From a bacterium (GTDB lineage: Bacteria > CALINM01): DNA of 16,826 nt. Each line of letters opens with the position of its first letter. Positions within the stretch are counted from its first letter, which is position 1. The notes below the pieces were generated by a model, which worked only from the letters and a program-made list of their open reading frames with translations, was not told the origin of the DNA and did not search any database. This document shows positions 14,354-16,826 of this stretch, piece after piece. The stretch is from positions 1 to 16,826 of the forward strand of contig JBEQAF010000025.1 of the NCBI GenBank assembly GCA_041640455.1, given 5' to 3'. A program made the translations under genes and the position numbers.

Positions 14354-14578
14354 ATGGATAATTTCAGCAGTTTTGGAAAGTATTTTATTATACTGGGGAT
14401 TATAATTACCATTGTGGGGGTTATAATCTATCTCTCTGGTAAGCTTCCCTTCATCGGTAGGTTACCTGGAGATATATACATAAAAAGAGATAATTTTACC
14501 TTTTACTTTCCTCTTGTAACCTCCATAGTTATCAGCATCATTCTCACTATAATACTGAACATATTTTTTAGAAAATGA
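14354..14578 (+). CDS. DUF2905 family small membrane protein (YrzS-like), 74 aa
   Basis: Two TM segments flanking GRLPGDI...NFTFYFPL. Start moved to ATG 14354 (MDNFSSFGK), just after the queH stop. Confidence 0.9.
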   Translation: MDNFSSFGKYFIILGIIITIVGVIIYLSGKLPFIGRLPGDIYIKRDNFTFYFPLVTSIVISIILTIILNIFFRK

Positions 14579-15507
14579 TTAGAGTAAATCAGAAAACATT
14601 ACAGGGTGTTGTGAGCCTTTCAGGTGTTGGACTTCATAGCGGTAGGAGAGCAAGGATAACTCTAAGACCTGCCGCAGAAAATACTGGCTATCTATTTGTG
14701 AACGTAGATGGTGGAAAACCGAGAGAGATTATGGCAACATTTGACAGAGTTATTGACACCACCCTTGCCACTACCATAGGAGAAGATGGAGTTTCAATAA
14801 AAACAGTGGAACATCTTATAGCCGCATTAAGAGGGCTTGATATTGATAATGTGATTATTGAAGTGGAAGGCGGGGAGGTGCCCATAATGGATGGGAGCTG
14901 TGCGCCCTTTGTATATATTTTAAAGAAAGTTGGTTTAAGAGAGCAGAACAGGTTCAGAAAATATATAGTTGTAAAGAGGGAGATAGAGTTTAGAGAGGGT
15001 GATAAATTTGTTAAAATATCTCCTTTTGATGGCTTTGAAGCACTGTTTACCATAGATTTTCCTCATCCTGCCATAGGCAAACAAAGCATAAGATTTATCT
15101 ATAGCCCGGAGAATTTTGAGAATGAGATAGCCAGAGCACGCACATTTGGTTTTTACAGAGATGTCCAGTATCTTAAAAATAATGGACTTGCTCTTGGCGG
15201 TTCGCTCGAAAATGCCATCGTGCTTGGAGATGATGGGATTATAAACAAAGAAGGGCTGAGATATAAGGACGAGTTTGTACGTCACAAGGTACTGGATCTT
15301 ATGGGAGATATTGCTTTACTTGGATATCCAGTTCTTGGAAAAATTGAGGGCTATAAATCAGGTCATCATCTGAATAATATGCTCTGCAAGGAGCTCTTTG
15401 AGAACAGAAGGGATTTTAAGGTTGTAGAGTATATTGATGAAGAAAGTATCATATTTGAACAGCAGGGTAAAAAGGATAAGACCAGCCCTTTAACTGTAAG
15501 TTTCTGA
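14575..15507 (+). CDS. lpxC: UDP-3-O-acyl-N-acetylglucosamine deacetylase
   Basis: QKTL...GVGLHSG, TVEHLIAAL, EVPIMDGS, ARARTFGF, GGSLENA, HKVLDLMGD, SGH. Confidence 0.98.
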   Translation: MIRVNQKTLQGVVSLSGVGLHSGRRARITLRPAAENTGYLFVNVDGGKPREIMATFDRVIDTTLATTIGEDGVSIKTVEHLIAALRGLDIDNVIIEVEGGEVPIMDGSCAPFVYILKKVGLREQNRFRKYIVVKREIEFREGDKFVKISPFDGFEALFTIDFPHPAIGKQSIRFIYSPENFENEIARARTFGFYRDVQYLKNNGLALGGSLENAIVLGDDGIINKEGLRYKDEFVRHKVLDLMGDIALLGYPVLGKIEGYKSGHHLNNMLCKELFENRRDFKVVEYIDEESIIFEQQGKKDKTSPLTVSF

Positions 15508-15516
15508 TATTTTAGT

Positions 15517-15942
15517 CTATTTCTCAGATTTTAACATCTCAAGGGCATTGTTTATTATCTTTTTTTCAGAGCTGTAGGGCGTAAGATTAATCGCCTCCTC
15601 CCCGTCAAACCAGCCTATGCTTATGGTCTCTCTATTTGGTTGAAACTCTCCAGACTCATAATCCATCAGGTAAAAATAAACAGTTTTTTTAATTTTAGAG
15701 CCCCGTTGAATAAAAATATAATCAATTTTGTCAATAAATCTGGGATTTTTTATCTTTATGCCCGTCTCTTCAAACACCTCCCTGATAGCCGCCTGTTCAT
15801 ATGTCTCACCTTCTTCAATATGTCCCTTGGGGAGACAATAAACCTGACTTCCAGATAGTTTTTCCTGAAGGCATAATAGCACCTTTACCGAATCACCTTC
15901 CCTTTTTATCACCACTCCTCCAGCAGAAAACTCGGCTATCAT
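15517..15942 (-). CDS. Nudix hydrolase (Ap4A hydrolase/MutT1-like)
   Basis: SAGGVV, LPKG, and a complete Nudix box GHIEEGETYEQAAIREVFEETGI. Confidence 0.93.
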   Translation of the reverse strand: MIAEFSAGGVVIKREGDSVKVLLCLQEKLSGSQVYCLPKGHIEEGETYEQAAIREVFEETGIKIKNPRFIDKIDYIFIQRGSKIKKTVYFYLMDYESGEFQPNRETISIGWFDGEEAINLTPYSSEKKIINNALEMLKSEK

Positions 15943-16334
15943 TATTCCCCGTCAGATAGATTTATTGGCAGATAGTAGTCTCTACTATTGATATCAATGG
16001 CTTTTGTTTTAATTTTTTTCTCTGAAAGATTAAGATTTATTATCTCTTCCAGCTTTTTTCTGTCTTCAGCTGAAAGCCTTTCCATAACCTCTCTGAAAGC
16101 TTTTTCCTGTTCCACAAGCACAAAGCCTTCCGTAAAAAGGACTGTTTTAATATAGTTCAGTACAATATTGCGGTCTGTCTCAGAGGTCTTTAGCAGTTCA
16201 TGCACAACCTTCTCATCCTGTACCATAACCGCTCCCACCCCTTTGTCTGAATGAAGAGGCTGTGTAAGATATCCGCCAGAGCAGATAGATACGTATAGCA
16301 AAACACTGGCGGTAATAAAAAATATTTTTTTCAT
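15942..16334 (-). CDS. Hypothetical secreted protein
   Basis: MKK plus hydrophobic N-terminus (signal peptide). Coupled to both neighbours by ATGA and TAATG overlaps. No family recognised. Confidence 0.75.
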   Translation of the reverse strand: MKKIFFITASVLLYVSICSGGYLTQPLHSDKGVGAVMVQDEKVVHELLKTSETDRNIVLNYIKTVLFTEGFVLVEQEKAFREVMERLSAEDRKKLEEIINLNLSEKKIKTKAIDINSRDYYLPINLSDGE

Positions 16335-16825
16335 CTCAGTTCCTTTAATTCCAGCTCAAAATTAGCCTTTATTCTATCACCCTTTATTGGATTATAAAAC
16401 AATAAACAGCTTCCCTGATAGGTTTTTTCAACGCCGTCTTCTGAAAGAGAGACGGTGTATATGGGATAAATGTAAAGATTTGTTAAAATATCTGTTCTGA
16501 ATATGAGCTCCATATTATACCATTCATCTCTTACTTTGAGCTCCCTTACATTTTCCGCTTCACCAAAAAAATCAAGGTATCTTTTAGTTCCATCGGGAAG
16601 AAGAAAATAACGGGTTTCCTCATGGGGGGCAAAGAGATTAATATTAAACTCCATACCAAAAATATTATAGTTTTGAGGAACTATGCAATCCACCTCACAA
16701 AGAAGCTTATTATCGACAAAAGTTATGTGTTTGGTAAGATTTGACCACTCGTTTTTTAATATGAAACTCAGCCTATCCTCTTTTTTTAGGTAGGTGTATG
16801 AACAGATAGATACATCATGGGGTTC
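16331..16825 (-). CDS. C-terminal part (DUF1926-like) of a GH57 alpha-amylase/4-alpha-glucanotransferase; 5' end outside the window
   Basis: The frame stays open upstream of the ORF-track start (16693) to the window edge (EPHDVSICSYTYLKKEDRLSF...). Motifs FGMEFNINL and YPIYTVSLSEDGVEKTYQGS match the family C-terminus. Confidence 0.8.
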   Translation of the reverse strand, partial: EPHDVSICSYTYLKKEDRLSFILKNEWSNLTKHITFVDNKLLCEVDCIVPQNYNIFGMEFNINLFAPHEETRYFLLPDGTKRYLDFFGEAENVRELKVRDEWYNMELIFRTDILTNLYIYPIYTVSLSEDGVEKTYQGSCLLFYNPIKGDRIKANFELELKELR

Positions 16826-16826
16826 A

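Noticed and set aside
738..15858. Other short alternative-frame or antisense ORFs in the track (e.g. 738-1025, 1656-2063, 2654-3112, 9036-9248, 9844-10155, 14688-15053, 14935-15285, 15640-15858)
   Set aside because: All lie within or across well-supported genes and have no recognisable domains.

Overview
Gene-dense, AT-rich chromosomal window from a Gram-negative bacterium (lpxC present). Gene content such as REC-PilZ, a PilF-like TPR lipoprotein, ResB, QueH and GH57 resembles Desulfobacterota/Nitrospirota-type anaerobes, but that is inference only. Layout: (1) a minus-strand acyl-CoA thioesterase missed by the ORF track, whose frame runs off the left edge through a ~150 bp CT/GA low-complexity tract; (2) a tightly coupled ~10.5 kb plus-strand run of DUF3332 lipoprotein, REC-PilZ regulator, 5-formyl-THF cyclo-ligase, APH-like/P-loop bifunctional kinase, Maf, YggS, Bcp, UvrA, ResB-like protein and HAMP histidine kinase; (3) a convergent single-domain response regulator; (4) a plus-strand run of PilF-like TPR lipoprotein, RodZ, an unknown lipoprotein, QueH, DUF2905 and LpxC; (5) a minus-strand run of a partial GH57/DUF1926 glucanotransferase, a secreted hypothetical protein and a Nudix hydrolase. 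I saw no mobile element, CRISPR array, RNA gene or defence system. This is mostly ordinary housekeeping DNA and I cannot support a clearly new system. The best leads are the anomalous left-edge tract (possibly an assembly chimera), a 'damage-control' cluster around an uncharacterised double-kinase protein, an orphan ResB coupled to a sensor kinase, and the queH-DUF2905 pairing. All family calls come from motif recognition by eye; no searches were run.
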